Position numbers and translations under genes: made by a program. The notes beneath the pieces were generated by a model. That model did no database searches. It was not told where the DNA came from and worked only from the letters and a program-made list of their open reading frames with translations. 64,000 nucleotides of DNA from Lepidodermella squamata (taxonomy: Eukaryota > Animalia > Gastrotricha): positions 124,001 through 188,000 of the forward strand of contig JBLDXI010000007.1 of assembly GCA_047495785.1 (NCBI GenBank), read 5' to 3'. Below, piece after piece: positions 13,910-26,486 of this stretch. Position 1 is the stretch's first letter. Every line of letters begins with the position of its first letter.

Positions 13910-14499
13910 ACAATGTGGTCACATCATATTAAAAATGACATTTATAACTAACTTGACAGATTGCATACCACGATATAATTACTAATTTTTGTTTCAAGAA
14001 GTTCACGTTGTGTTTTCTGATAAGTGATTCATTACCATGCGAGAGAATGTGTTGAAGGTATGACCGAATTTCTGGACAAAGCCAGCGGCGATCTGTCGGA
14101 ACTACGACCATTAATTCGATAGATGTTTGTGATGAATGTCTCGCTACTATAGAAAATACGTCAGAAATGGAAAATCGGTGCTCAATTCGAACGCGATGGA
14201 AACAAACACTTTAGCGATGTGCAACGATTCGACGAACAATGCATTCAACGGTTCCTACATCGGCGTGTTCGAACTCATCATCATCATCACGTAAAACCGT
14301 TGAATGTTGTGTCAGTTAGAGACTGTTGGAAATGTTTAGCTATGTCAAAATGGAAAAAGGTGAAATAAAGACGATGATAAGTTCAAATAACTCTGCGTTT
14401 ATTTAAATGAGATCATATTCAAATAATTTCTTATTTAAGCTAAAGGCTTATGAGTAATCGTTCTCATTTCTCAAGTAATCCTAGGTCGGTGCTATGAGC

Positions 14500-15339
14500 T
14501 TATGATGACGAAGTGGATACTAACAGAGGCCGGTAGGGATTGTTTTTCAGCAGCCATTCAGCAAGCCAAATCTGTAATAACAAGACAGAAATAAAGCGTA
14601 AACGTAAGCTTATTTAAGTCACCATTGGGTTTTCTGGCTTCTGCTTCGCCAACTCCGTAAGCCCCTTGAGAAGAGTAGGGTTGATATAACGAGCCATGTA
14701 TTCCTTCGCTGCTTCTCCGGACATGATAGGTTCCACAATGCTGTCAGGGAAGAAAAATCTAATTTCCCGTGCAGCTGAGAGTGTGCTGTCGCTGCCATGC
14801 AGACCATTACGTTGGTCATCAGTGCCGTAAATAGCTCGAAGGCTGTTAACAATTTATTGACATTCAAATCATATCAAATTGGGATGTAAAATAATTACCT
14901 TTCCGGCTCGTGAATTCTTGCTTCGGTAGTTTTGGTTGGTCCAATTAACTCTCGCCATAGTGCAATAGCTTTATCTCGAGCCAACACCAGCACAATACAT
15001 GGGCCACTGCTCATGTAAGCAATTAAGCTCGTGAAGAATATTTTTCCAAAATGTTCAGCATAAAATTCACTCGCTTGCTCGGGGCTCATCAAAACATGTC
15101 GTTTCTGGAAGTGAGGAAAACCTTTAATCTAGCTAATATTTTTTAATCTCTTGTTTTACCGCCAAAATCGTGAATCCTGTACGCAGAATGATATCTTCGA
15201 TCTCAGCGCTGCGGGATACGGCATTAGGTTTAATGATTGCTAGGGTTCTTTCGACATAAACTTCCGGCAGTTCGGTCTTGATTACTGAAACGTTGTTGCC
15301 GAACTCTCCTGGTTGAGTGCTTTCGTCTCCGTATGTCAT
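14500..15339 (-). CDS. NME5: Nucleoside diphosphate kinase homolog 5 with C-terminal DPY30 domain; 4 exons
   Basis: VERTLAIIKP, SPEQASEFYAEH, LRAIYGTDDQRNGLHGSDS, NPTLLKGLTELAKQKPENPM|IWLAEWLLKNNP. Confidence 0.93.
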
Positions 15340-16638
15340 TATTTTAGATACTCTAAAGCATCATTAAAAACAGAAGATGAAATCACGAAAATATTCCTCT
15401 CACATGGATTCCACCGAAATGCAAGAAGAAATAAAACTGAAAAAGGGATCAAGCAATAATTAACAAGCGCCAGCTATTGCTATTGTCATAAGAAATTCAA
15501 CCCTTTTCTTGACATGAGTCTCAAATATTATTTTCCTCTATGATGGAAAATCAAGGGGAAAAGATTAGAAGGCAGTGCGAGAGAAGGGAAAAGATAGAAC
15601 TGATTTCGCCCGAGTTATTGCTCAATTACTCTATTATGAGATTAAATGTAAAAAAGGTGAAAGGTAAAAAAAGGTAAACATTTCGTGGCTAATAATCAAT
15701 GAGGAGACCGAGAAAAAGGGCGTGAAAAGGGGGAATCATTTTGGCGAACCATCTCGAGCATTTTGGCGGAAGCTCGAGTTTTCAGAGCAGCAAATTTGGG
15801 ACAATGACAAACCCGTTATTTGCGCAATACACATGATAGCCACAATGCTATGTTATGCTATGTTATGCGTGGAGATCGTAGCTTTCGGGAGGATTTCTCA
15901 TTAGGCATGATTGAGATTCAGGGTGGCCGCAATCTTTCCGATTTTTCAGTAAGAATTACTCAAAATGTTGGCCAGCACAATATCCTTATTTGTTGAACTC
16001 AAGAAAGCTATCGCTTAGGGGTTAGCGCTCGGTAGAAATCACGTAAATTGTAGAGAGAAAATCTGACAAATATAGGTATCTGAATAGAAATAGACAATTT
16101 TCGCAGACATAAATGGCTATAATTAGTTAGGACATAACAACAGAGAACAGAGAAATGCCGAAACTACTAGCTAATAACACTACTCTCACAATACTTGAAG
16201 ATTCTGCCGAAACCAGCGAGGTCGGTCAAAGGCCCAAACAAATCCAAGGTAACAAAAATTATACAAAATGCGTTCGGAATATTTTAAATCATATTAATTT
16301 AATATTATGATAAAATTATTAAACCCAGTCGATAATGAATGAATTTACCGCCTCTCAATGTCGTGCGTCCACACTTTTTCAAGGGATCTGCGGGTGAACA
16401 AATCGCTGTTCGAATCGCTGTGTCGCGTGAAGGCCGCGTCACCTTGAAGGAAACGCTTGCTGCCGGCTTCGGATTATTTTTTATTTCGGTTGTGTGTTTG
16501 TTGGCTAGTCCATGATTCATGCATTCCTTGTGGTCCTAGCTTTACAAAGCGTTGAATGAGATGAACCAGTTGCCTAAAGCGTCCAACTTGATCAAATCTC
16601 TCTCTCGTTGTATAGGGTTTTGTATAGAGTTCAGTGGT

Positions 16639-16787
16639 ATGGCTCAGTACAACCGTGTTAAGAAGACCCGCAAGCTTCGTGGTCACGTCAGCCACGGCCA
16701 TGGTCGTATTGGTAAGCACCGCAAGCACCCCGGTGGTCGCGGTAAGGCTGGTGGTCAGCATCATCACCGCACCAACATGGATAAGTT

Positions 16788-16825
<38 letters not shown>

Positions 16826-17088
16826 TCCACTTGGTTCGTAACCGCTCATGGTGCCCCACCATCAATGTTGACAAGCTGTGGTCGTTGGTGACTGAGCAGA
16901 CCCGTCAAGTCTACGCCAAGAAAACCGACTTCGCCCCGGTTATCGACTGCGTGCGAGCTGGTTACTTCAAGGTGCTTGGCAATGGAACCATCCCTCAACA
17001 ACCCGTCATCGTGAAAGCGAAGTTTTTCAGCAAGCAAGCTGAGAAGAAAATCCAAGCTGCTGGCGGTGCTTGCGTTTTGGTAGCTTAA
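16639..17088 (+). CDS. RPL27A: 60S ribosomal protein L27a (uL15)
   Basis: [28 protein letters not shown]...GGACVLVA; ATG 16639 follows the acceptor ending at 16627. Confidence 0.98.
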
Positions 17089-17234
17089 ACTGTTGATATA
17101 AATTCCATTTTGAGTGAGGATAGATGAAATCCGGAGATGCGAAAGTAATAAAAGAAAGCTCTAACTCCATTCAATTTCGTTTACCCAATGAATTTTGTTG
17201 CTAATAATGATCAATTGTGTGTAGATATTAACAT

Positions 17235-17723
17235 ATGGCTTCCAAGGAAATTGCGTCGCGCATGGCGGCTCAGGTCAAGCCGTTCTTCTCTACCACACAT
17301 GAAGAGGCCCGGCGACGACTTGTGCATCTGTATAGAGAATGGCAGCGATCGATCCCTCAAATTCGTAAGCAAAGGACGATAAATCAGAATTATCTTTTAT
17401 ATAGTCACGTTCCGCAGAAATGGTCTTCGATATCCCAGTCACTGTCGACCAGATGCGCGACAAAATACGAGAAAGATTTCGCGCCCATGAGAAAGTCACT
17501 GACCTTCGAGTGTTGGATGCTCTAATTTGGCGAGTAAGTTTGTATTAACCACAATTTTAGCTAGAAGTATATTGTTTGTTCAAATTAGGGTCATATGGAA
17601 CTACGCGAAACCCGTGAAATGTGGAAAACACGTACTCATGTCATGCATATCTTCGGCGATGAAGGCACCAACGACAAGACGCAGACAGACTTCCTATCTC
17701 GATTTTACCAAGGCCAGCATTAA
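17235..17723 (+). CDS. NDUFA6: Complex I LYR subunit NDUFA6. Exons 17235-17364, 17418-17533, 17589-17723
   Basis: VKPFFSTTHEEARRRLVHLYREWQR...FDIPVT...VTDLRVLDAL...GHMELRET..WKTRTHVM...DFLSRFYQGQH. Confidence 0.92.
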
Positions 17724-17942
17724 TTGACACATCTGCATTACCTATAACTTGTAATTCTTATTCTTCAATTCAACCCTGCCGCCGTTTTCCGATGGACTCA
17801 TCTGTCCTCGACTGACTATTGTATTTTTAGCGCTAGCTGGTAAATAAAGCTATGGCCCTGTTGCAAATTATTGGAGAAATAGCACCTGAAGCAATTTCTC
17901 TTTTATAGCGTTTGATACTTTTGTTAAATTGATTAAATCTTA

Positions 17943-19758
17943 ATGGCTACCGCAACTCTTGAAGTGCTATGTCCAAATGGTCGACGAGAAAAAGTAAAAG
18001 TTCAACCTGGTACTCCGCTGTTGGAAGTAATTTTGAGATAATTTGAAAAACTTGCCTAAGTGAGGTGTTCCGTAGGTTGTAGATGAAGTATGCTCCAAGC
18101 AAGGCTTAGACCCTGCGAAGTATCGTTTGCAACACAACAAAAAGCCGCTGGACGCCACGGTGCAGTTTCGCTACTCGGGGCTGTTGAACAATGCAAAACT
18201 CGACCTGGTTGAATCTGAAGGCACTGATTTAATCGCAGATGTAGCTTTAGCCCTTCAACTTGATGACGGTACTCGTTTGATGGACAATTTTCCGGTCGAG
18301 ACATCGATTTATGAAGTCCTTTCTAAGTATGAAAAAACTAGCGGGTACGTCAGGGCTGTTAAAATTTGAAACGTTGATTTAATTATTATAATGAACAGGA
18401 AGAGCTTGACTCAACCCCAAGGCAATGGACAGCAGCCCTCGGTTGTGTACACCCAAACCGAAGTCACTGGAGTAGTAGCTATGAAAGCAACTAACCTCCG
18501 GAATCTTGGAATTGGTGGCGGTCGAGCTGCGCTTCGTTTCAACTGGAAAGAAGTTACACCCGATCAGCTGGCTGAGATCGAAAAAGAAATTAATGCTAGG
18601 TTGGAGAAGGCTCGGAAACTCGAAGAGCGCCGCAGCCAAATGATTGCAGCTGCAAGTGAAGTAGCTGCCGCATCGCCGATGGAAGCCGTTCAGGAGCAGA
18701 CCGTTACTCAATCCGCCGTTCCAGTGACGGCGACAAGCCCGCCTCAAAACCTCCAAATGCGATCTGTTTTCGATGACGGACCAGCTGTTTCAGCTTTTGG
18801 CAACCACGGTCGCGAGCGTTCGATGTTCGATCCCGAGCCTGCGAAGCCGAAAACTCCGCCGAAACCGGCTGAGAGCCAGTTTTTAGCAGGACCAGCTCCA
18901 GGAATTCTGGGCGAATTCGCCGGGTTCAAGTTTCCAGAGGAAACAAAAGGCAAAGATCTCTATCAAAACGAAATGACGCCCGCAAACGTTGGCGAATTTA
19001 CGAAACCGTGTGAACGCGAGGCAGTTCTATACGATATGGCCGAGGCTCGAGCTGCTCAAGAGCCGGAAGAAGGCAAGCTTCTGAGTCTTTCTTGCAACAA
19101 TTATTATTTTATTCTGTAAATTTCAGAGCTCCCTGACGATTTTTACGAGGTGACTAAGGAAGATTTGCAAGTCATGCACAACGACCTCCTTCGCCAGTCG
19201 AATTTCTCTGTTGCATCTCAAGCTGCTCGGCGTTACGAGCGCTATGAAAGGGCCGTGGTTCGAATTCATTTCCCTGCTGATGGTCTGGTCCTCCAGGCTG
19301 TTTTCCGCCCAACCGAGCCAGTTTTCGCCCTGCACAAATTTGTCAAGCAGCAACTCGAGAACCAGAACAGCCACCTGATTTTATACACACCACCCCGTCG
19401 CATCCTCTCTGACTCTGATATGGCAGAAACGTTTACTTCGGCCGGTTTGCTACCAGCCGTGAATATCTACGCTTCGGGTCGCCAGAATGCGCCGATTCAT
19501 GTCAGCAAAGAAGCTCGTTCAAAGTTACAAGCCCCATTCGAAACCGCTAAAAACGTCGTTGCAAAGTAAGAATTTAGTATTTATCCACTGAATTTTCTTC
19601 TAATAGCTGATAATTTTAGGTGGGTCACTGCTGCTAATGCGGAAAATGACAGCGATGCACATATGGAGGTTTCGTCATCGGCAAAATCAGGCGCCGACAA
19701 GGCATCGCCAACTGAAGGCGCTAGCATTCGTCCTCCGAAATGGTTCAAGCTCAAGTAA
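17943..19758 (+). CDS. ASPSCR1: TUG/ASPSCR1 (UBXN9) UBX-domain protein; multi-exon
   Basis: UBL1 region VLCPNGRREKVKVQPGTPLLE; FRYSGLLNNAKLDL; ELPDDFYEVTKED; UBX region VRIHFPADGLVLQAVFRPTE; C-terminal PKWFKLK. Confidence 0.9.
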
Positions 19759-20880
19759 AAGACCATCATTCCTAACTTAAATCTGGAAAGACTTTCGACT
19801 TCACATAACCATGGATGTTTATCATCTGTAAAAATTCATGTTTCATATGGAGGTTTAGATTGCTATTCATATTCAACTTCTTTCATTTCGTTACGCATGT
19901 CAGCTTCACAGCAAGTTATCGGTGATTGGTGATAGTAAAAAGACTGTCGTCTGTTAGATAAATGGTTCGTTTTATTCAAAGAAGAGTCGCGCATCGGAAA
20001 CGCAAGAAGGCGCTTTTACAATTGCAATGGAAACGCGCCTGTAGCTGAAAGTTATCGTCGCCTTACATCATCGTCATCAATGAAAATTTTGTTACTTTTC
20101 TATCATCATTTTCCGGATGTTGACAATTGGAACACGTAATGACACTAGTTTTAATAAGTGTAATAATAGATTAATATAATAATAAGAAATAGCGAGCTTT
20201 TCTTATTGACAATAATTTGTCCCTCGTGATTAACGATCGTGGCCTATACAAGTTGCAATCTGTTGTAGGCAATAACAATTCGAATAAGTTGATATAACAA
20301 GAACGAAACGAATACGAGGACTTACAAACAATAAATGTACCCGTCCTCGTTATACGCACCAAATTTGTCGAATTAATCCATATTTACACACAAGAAGATG
20401 ATGATAGATCTACTGCAGTACTTGAAAACGTTGGATGGTCCTAAAACGGTCGTTTTATTGTCAATAATATGTTTCTCAGAGTAACTACTTCAGTTTTAGC
20501 CACCTGATTGTGTTGAAGTGGAGGAGACAGTAGCGCAGAGATTCACTGGTGATGTATTTTCGAATTGACCTACGGCTCGAACTAAATCGTATGACAAAGC
20601 AGACTCGCACAATCGACGTTTATTTTTCATCTCAAGCGAGATTTCACACAAAACACGCCCACACAGAGAAGAGGGAGAGAAAAGATCATTCCATCCTACA
20701 CAGCTTTTCAGCAAAATCCCCACTTTACAAGCAGTTTCTTCGCTCTCGCCCTAATACAAGAAAGAAACTATCGCTCGACTCAAATTTTGTTGTAGATAGA
20801 GCTCAAATCTCAAAATAATGTACACATAATCGAACTGATTTTACAAATAAACAACTAAAAGAGACAAAAAGCATCGAATG

Positions 20881-23610
20881 TTATTGTTGTTGCGAGACTT
20901 CGGTTGGCGCGGCTGGTTGAGGCGGCGCTGGCTGTTGAGACATCGCCTCAGTTTTCACCTCCGAGTGGAATGTGTCGTTATTAGTGCCATTCGACGATGA
21001 ACTGGGACCGTTCGAGGTCGGCACTTTCGGCGAAGATGTGCCATTCGTTTCGCCGATAACGCGAGCCACTTTCAGAGGCGACATCAGCGAGGAGTCATTC
21101 CCATCCGGCGCCGGTCGCTTTTCTGCCGTCACGGCAGGCGACGATGTGTTTGGTTTCTGCGCCGGGCTGCCGTCCTTCGCCGGTTTCGAGTCGATTTTCA
21201 TCACCAGTTTCGGGACTTCCGGCTTCGAACTGCCGTTCGTTGTCGATGAGGGCGATTTCAAGGGTGGGCTTTTCAACGCGCTATCGCCGCCTTCGGTTTT
21301 CGGCTTCTTCGGCGGCGCAACTGCTGGCGTTTTCGATTTCTCGTCCTTGTGCGAGTCGCTCAGCTTGTGCTTGTCCCCTGAGGCCGGTTCCGCCTTGACG
21401 GGCTTCGCGACCGGGGTCGATTTCGGGGTGGTAGGTTCCGCCTTAGCTGAACTACTGCTCGGTTTATCGGACTTGTCTTTCTTGCCGTCCTTGTCCTTGC
21501 TCTTCTCCTTCGGCTTCTTCTCGACCTCGGGGGTGACGAGTTCCGCCTTGGCGCGTTCGGCCTGTTCTTTCCGCTCCCGCTCGTCGCGAACCGCATCGTC
21601 CTGCAGAGAACCAGTCGAGAATCGGTAGGATTTATCGGCCATGTCGATGGCCCACTTGAACTTTTCGCGCTGAGTTTTGTTGAAGACTTTCTCAATAGGC
21701 ACGTCCCACCTCTTGCACCAAGCCACGGAAATTCGAGGGTCCAAATAGTTTAGCTTACTAGTACCTAACGCGATAGTTTTGTTCTCGTCACGGTCGGTTC
21801 TGCTCAACTCAAGCTTCATCAGCTGCTCCTTGAATCTCGCCACAGACTTTTTGGCCTTATCGATTGATTTGTCATCCTTGCTGTGTTTCGCGCTCTTCAG
21901 CTCTTTCTGCGCCTTTTCGAGCTCTTCCTTCTTCTTATCGATCTTCTCGTTGAGGTTCGCCATCGACTTTTCGTGCGTTTTCGGCACAGCGCGCTGATGG
22001 TTACACAGAATGGCGACGGCACGATTGGCTCGATTGTAGGCAAGCAACTTTTCGGCAACGCTCATCTCCGACTTGGTCATTTCCTTGAGCTGACGCTCCA
22101 AGGTGATGGAGGCGTTGTACGTACGGAAGACTTTGGCAGACAGGCCCTCCATTAGAGAATGCAAATAAGAATTCAGCAGAGTTGTGTTGAGGCGATCGAA
22201 CAAGTCATCTTCGGGTCCCTTGTCGCGAGTGAACAGCGTCAAATTCTTCCACACTCGCTTTTCGACTGGCACACTATTTGAGTTACAATCCAATTAATAA
22301 AATGTCAATGGACTTATTTAATAACTTACGCATTGTAATAGCGGATGGAGTCCTTGCCGAGGAAATCGAATTCGACGACGTATTTCTTACCATCCATCTC
22401 CTCGTGAAGCTTGATGTGCTCAACGCGGAGGGAGCAGCAACCTACAGTATCGGCTTCGTCTTCGTCCTTCTCGTTACCCGCACGAAGAGCTAAGCGATCG
22501 ATGAGGTAAAGAGCGGTTGCGCGCTGCCGAATACGCATTTCTTTAGACTTCCAATCGGCGATATAGTTCTCGCGAATACTCTGGATCATTGTGTGGAGCT
22601 TCCGCGCTTTCTCGTACTTCTGCCAATCTTTCTGCGACTTCATTTTACTAGCGGCGGCCAACATGACGTATTTATTTTGACCGGCGATGTTCTCAGTCCA
22701 TGATGCGAGCCATGTGACTGTGTTGTCATGGCGAACCTCTTTCCACCGATGGCCCTCAGGTGGACTGGGCGCTTTGCTGTCTGCTGAGCAGTTGATTATG
22801 ATATCTTCGGGGCGGACACGCTTTTTCAATTTGCCCATTTTCGGATGATTGCCTCGACCGCGGAACAGACCAGGAGGTTCGATGCGGAAGTTGCCAACCT
22901 TTTCTTTATGACCATCCATGTCGCAAAAGCCGAATTTAGCGACAAGTTTTTCGTTGTCTTCCTTTATTTTCAGCTTTTCCTCCTTAGTCATCGCCTTCCT
23001 TTCTTCCGTAAGTTTCTTGAAATGAGCAGCTATTTCTTGGAAATCACATTTTTTCAAATCCGTGATAAGTTTTCTCTCCTCTTTCGACATGACCTAAGGA
23101 ACGTAACAAATTGCGAGACGCCCATAAATTTATCATTGATGACTTACCTCTCGCCAATCATTGAAAAAATTCTTATTAAATACTTCTTTGGAAGTATAAT
23201 CGTGATCCAACATTCGAGCGTAAAATGTCGCCACTTCTTCAGCACCTTCTGTTAGCTTGACGGGTTTACCTTGAATAAAAGCATAGGCATATATCATCAG
23301 AATAAAAGAAAATTAATAAATCATTATTACCGTCATAATAAAACCGCACATTGCTCGGCAAAGGATCATAGGCAGGCGGAAATGAAGGGCCTTTGTGCTC
23401 CAGAAAAGTCCATTTGACTGTGTTATCGTGGTGATCTTCTTCCCACCAGCGCCACACCTCATCCTCTTCCTGCTCCTTCTTTACTTTCTTCTTCGGAGAT
23501 GGCGAGCCATTGGAAGCGGAAGCTTCGGATTTCACTTTGTGGTCCTTGTGCTTCTTTTTATCCTTATGCTTGTCTTTCTTCTTATCTTTTTTCTTGTCCT
23601 TGATGCCCAT
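20881..23610 (-). CDS. TOP1: DNA topoisomerase I (type IB) with a short N-terminal tail and a 245-aa C-terminal extension
   Basis: [77 protein letters not shown] (catalytic Tyr). Confidence 0.97.
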
Positions 23611-24755
23611 TTGAAATTACACAACGACAGTAAACGCTACAAAAATATAGTGAAAATAGGATATATAAACGGGCAAAATATGCGCAAACTTCATATCCTT
23701 CGTTAGAAAAAGTAATAAGGCATAAGGCCAGAGCTATAATAAAACCGATAATATAGGTATGTTCCTGATGTTAACGCTCAAACTGAACGCCGGAAACTAT
23801 CAGATTGTAATTCAGAAAAGCAGGAAAAGTGAAAATTAAACGGCTTTTAACAGTGCAGCTTAATCTGGATATACAGTATCTAACTTTACATACAATTCGA
23901 AACTAAAACCGAAGTCAGGGAAATGGACAAGGCGGAGTTGGAAGCAGGAACACCGAATGAGTTTCATAACTAAGAAAGTCAAGATTTCAGCCATAGACTG
24001 TAGAAGTTAAATTGCACCAGCAAAAGCCACAAGAATTGATCCTCTGATCTGAAATGCATCAACAAGTAAAACTCGCCGGCCCAACACACAAGGGAATGAG
24101 GCATCGTCAATCCTCATGTTGCAGAACTCATTCCAGATCAAACAAAAATCCAAAATTAAGGAGTTCTCAGTAAATACTGCTGAATTTAGCAAGTTCAATT
24201 GTCAACAAAGCTCAGCCATTAGCTCCACAAAACGTCACCAGCATTGGTGTGCACGTGCGGCACTTGTGTTTGTGTTGCAAAAACCGAAAAATACGTTAAG
24301 TCCGAGCAAGTTCAGTTTCAATCTGACAAAATAAGTTGACCTTCGCATGAATAAAAATATATGCACTATACTAAATTAAAACATTGTCATAATATTTGTT
24401 TGAAAATATATAAAATTTTAAAAAATTTTGCCCGCGTACTTTTTCCAGCAGCCATCAGCGTCCGTGTCCAGGTTTTAGGTTTTGTTTTTTCTTTGCGACT
24501 CTAAGAGGCTGTTGAGGAGCAGGTGGTTTTGTTCTTGGCTTCGGATTGAAGCTGTGTATATGTTATCTGCTGGCTCCTTGAATGACTTTCTGATGGAATT
24601 GTAGCGCTGAAATCTGTCGTTGCTCAAAGATAGACTGCTCAACTTCAGCGTCTAAACTCTAAACCGTTTTGAAAACTCTTGAACTAGAGCTATTCGATCG
24701 ACTTGGAGACCAAGTGTTATAGGCATAACGTTCTTTGATTATGTTGGCTTTCAGA

Positions 24756-24998
24756 CAGGGTGGCAGAAAGTTTTTAAAACTCCGAGCTTTATCCTAGATC
24801 GAAAAAATTTCGTACAGGTTCTATGTAATGTTGGGGTTGATATGTGTTAATAGTGTTTATTTAGTAGAAAAACTGAGGGAGTATGACGCCTAAACATGTG
24901 TTCAATGTTAAAAGTTTTCGAAAACGTAAAAACGTTGCTCCACCCCGCCGACCTTTATCCTAGATAGTCTAGTAATCTAGGAACTTTCTGCCACCCTG
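24756..24998. mobile_element. hAT-type MITE (243 bp)
   Basis: Perfect 17-bp TIRs CAGGGTGGCAGAAAGTT (24756-24772 and 24982-24998); perfect 8-bp TSD CTTTCAGA (24748-24755, 24999-25006); internal repeat CTTTATCCTAGAT at 24787 and 24953. Confidence 0.9.
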
Positions 24999-25335
24999 CT
25001 TTCAGAGTTCAGAGACCAGCACAGGTCGAGAAATTTTCTCAAGCTTGAGCAATCAGGCATAGTCAGTATTGAAAAAATTAAGTGATGAACGAAGCCTGGA
25101 GAGAATTGAGACATATAAGGCTTATGACATATTGTGACATGTAAGAATAGCTTATTTCTTAAACGTTTTAATAGTCTCTCAAAACTCCTTACCTGGTCGA
25201 AAAGACATACACTCCGACGTTTCCTATTATTGCTGAGCACTTGGTTAGCTTTTAATTTGGTATTTATCGCCATAACTTTTGTTTTACGTTTCATTATAGA
25301 GATATCTGATTTTATGACATATGACAAAGTAATCT

Positions 25336-26295
25336 ATGGTATTGGTAGCTGATTATTCTACAGTTAATGCACCCGAAAGCGAAGAAGAGTTGAGTAAGCT
25401 TTTACTGGAATTGCACCAGGCCAAATCAAATGTCGTGACTGAATTTGAAACCACTGATACTGTCGAGTTTCCTCGAGATCGTAAAGAAGCAGTTTTATAT
25501 GTTGCAGAAGGAGAATGGGCTACAGTGCCTTTTAATGATTGCCTTGATATTATCGGAGCCGACGAAGCTACGACTTGCCATGTCGTGGCATTAATTGATA
25601 GCGATAGTCGGCTATGTAGTTTAGCCCACTTGAATGGATGGGAGACATCAAATATGTTGAATGCCATGGTGCAATCGTTCAAAGAGTGCCGAGTGTTGGA
25701 TGTGCATATTCTTGGCGGCTTCCTTGATCCCAAAGAAACTTCTTTAAAGCTGGCATTGGAGATTTTACATTTCTTTTGTCTGAAGACAAATGTTGAATTC
25801 CGGTTAAAGATTGCCTGTTTTTACTCTGCAAATAATGTGTATCTACACTCAAAGGCCTTTCCAAAGTTTTACGGTCTTGCAGTTTTACTCCAGAATGGCA
25901 GAGTTTTCCCGGCGAACTTCTCTTGGAAAGGACCGGAATCTACCGTTCGATCTTGTCGCATGTATGCTAGAGATGATAGTATTGATGTCACCGATCAGGT
26001 ATCAGAGCGATGCTGCTATAATTTGGCTGACAAAGAGCTCACCATACATCCGATAAGATATCACTGCCCCAATTACTCCCGCATGGTGCTATCATGGTCA
26101 GACTCTGATATACTAAAGAATTTCTCCACGTCTCCAGATCAAGAAAGAGAAGGCTTCGTTGCCCATGTTAAAGCAGCGTTATCGTTTATGATTCAAAACC
26201 GTGATTGGAAAAAGACATTCCCTCGAGGCCAGCCGAGGACTTTCAAATTAGCAAAATCGGACGGTGGAGTTGAATGGGTTCTCATAAACAGATAA
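25336..26295 (+). CDS. NTAN1: Protein N-terminal asparagine amidohydrolase
   Basis: LYVAEGEWAT, GADEATTCHVV, LAHLNG, VHILGGF, STSPDQE. Confidence 0.88.
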   Translation: MVLVADYSTVNAPESEEELSKLLLELHQAKSNVVTEFETTDTVEFPRDRKEAVLYVAEGEWATVPFNDCLDIIGADEATTCHVVALIDSDSRLCSLAHLNGWETSNMLNAMVQSFKECRVLDVHILGGFLDPKETSLKLALEILHFFCLKTNVEFRLKIACFYSANNVYLHSKAFPKFYGLAVLLQNGRVFPANFSWKGPESTVRSCRMYARDDSIDVTDQVSERCCYNLADKELTIHPIRYHCPNYSRMVLSWSDSDILKNFSTSPDQEREGFVAHVKAALSFMIQNRDWKKTFPRGQPRTFKLAKSDGGVEWVLINR

Positions 26296-26486
26296 ATCGA
26301 GACATTTTCTGTTTGGCACTCTGTGATGTATGCTTGTGAAAAGTTTATTAGAATAGGTATGGCTACGATATCAATGATGGACAATTCTTGATTTTTATGA
26401 TTTATCTTAATTATATTTTTGAAGATGAACATCATATTGTTGCAAATTGTTTCACTTTGATTTAGAATTTGTTAAAAAATTGCAGA

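Noticed and set aside
16489-16627. Possible snoRNA in the putative RPL27A 5' intron (hairpin GCTAG...CTAGC at about 16504-16540)
   Set aside because: No convincing H/ACA or C/D boxes; an Infernal search would be needed.
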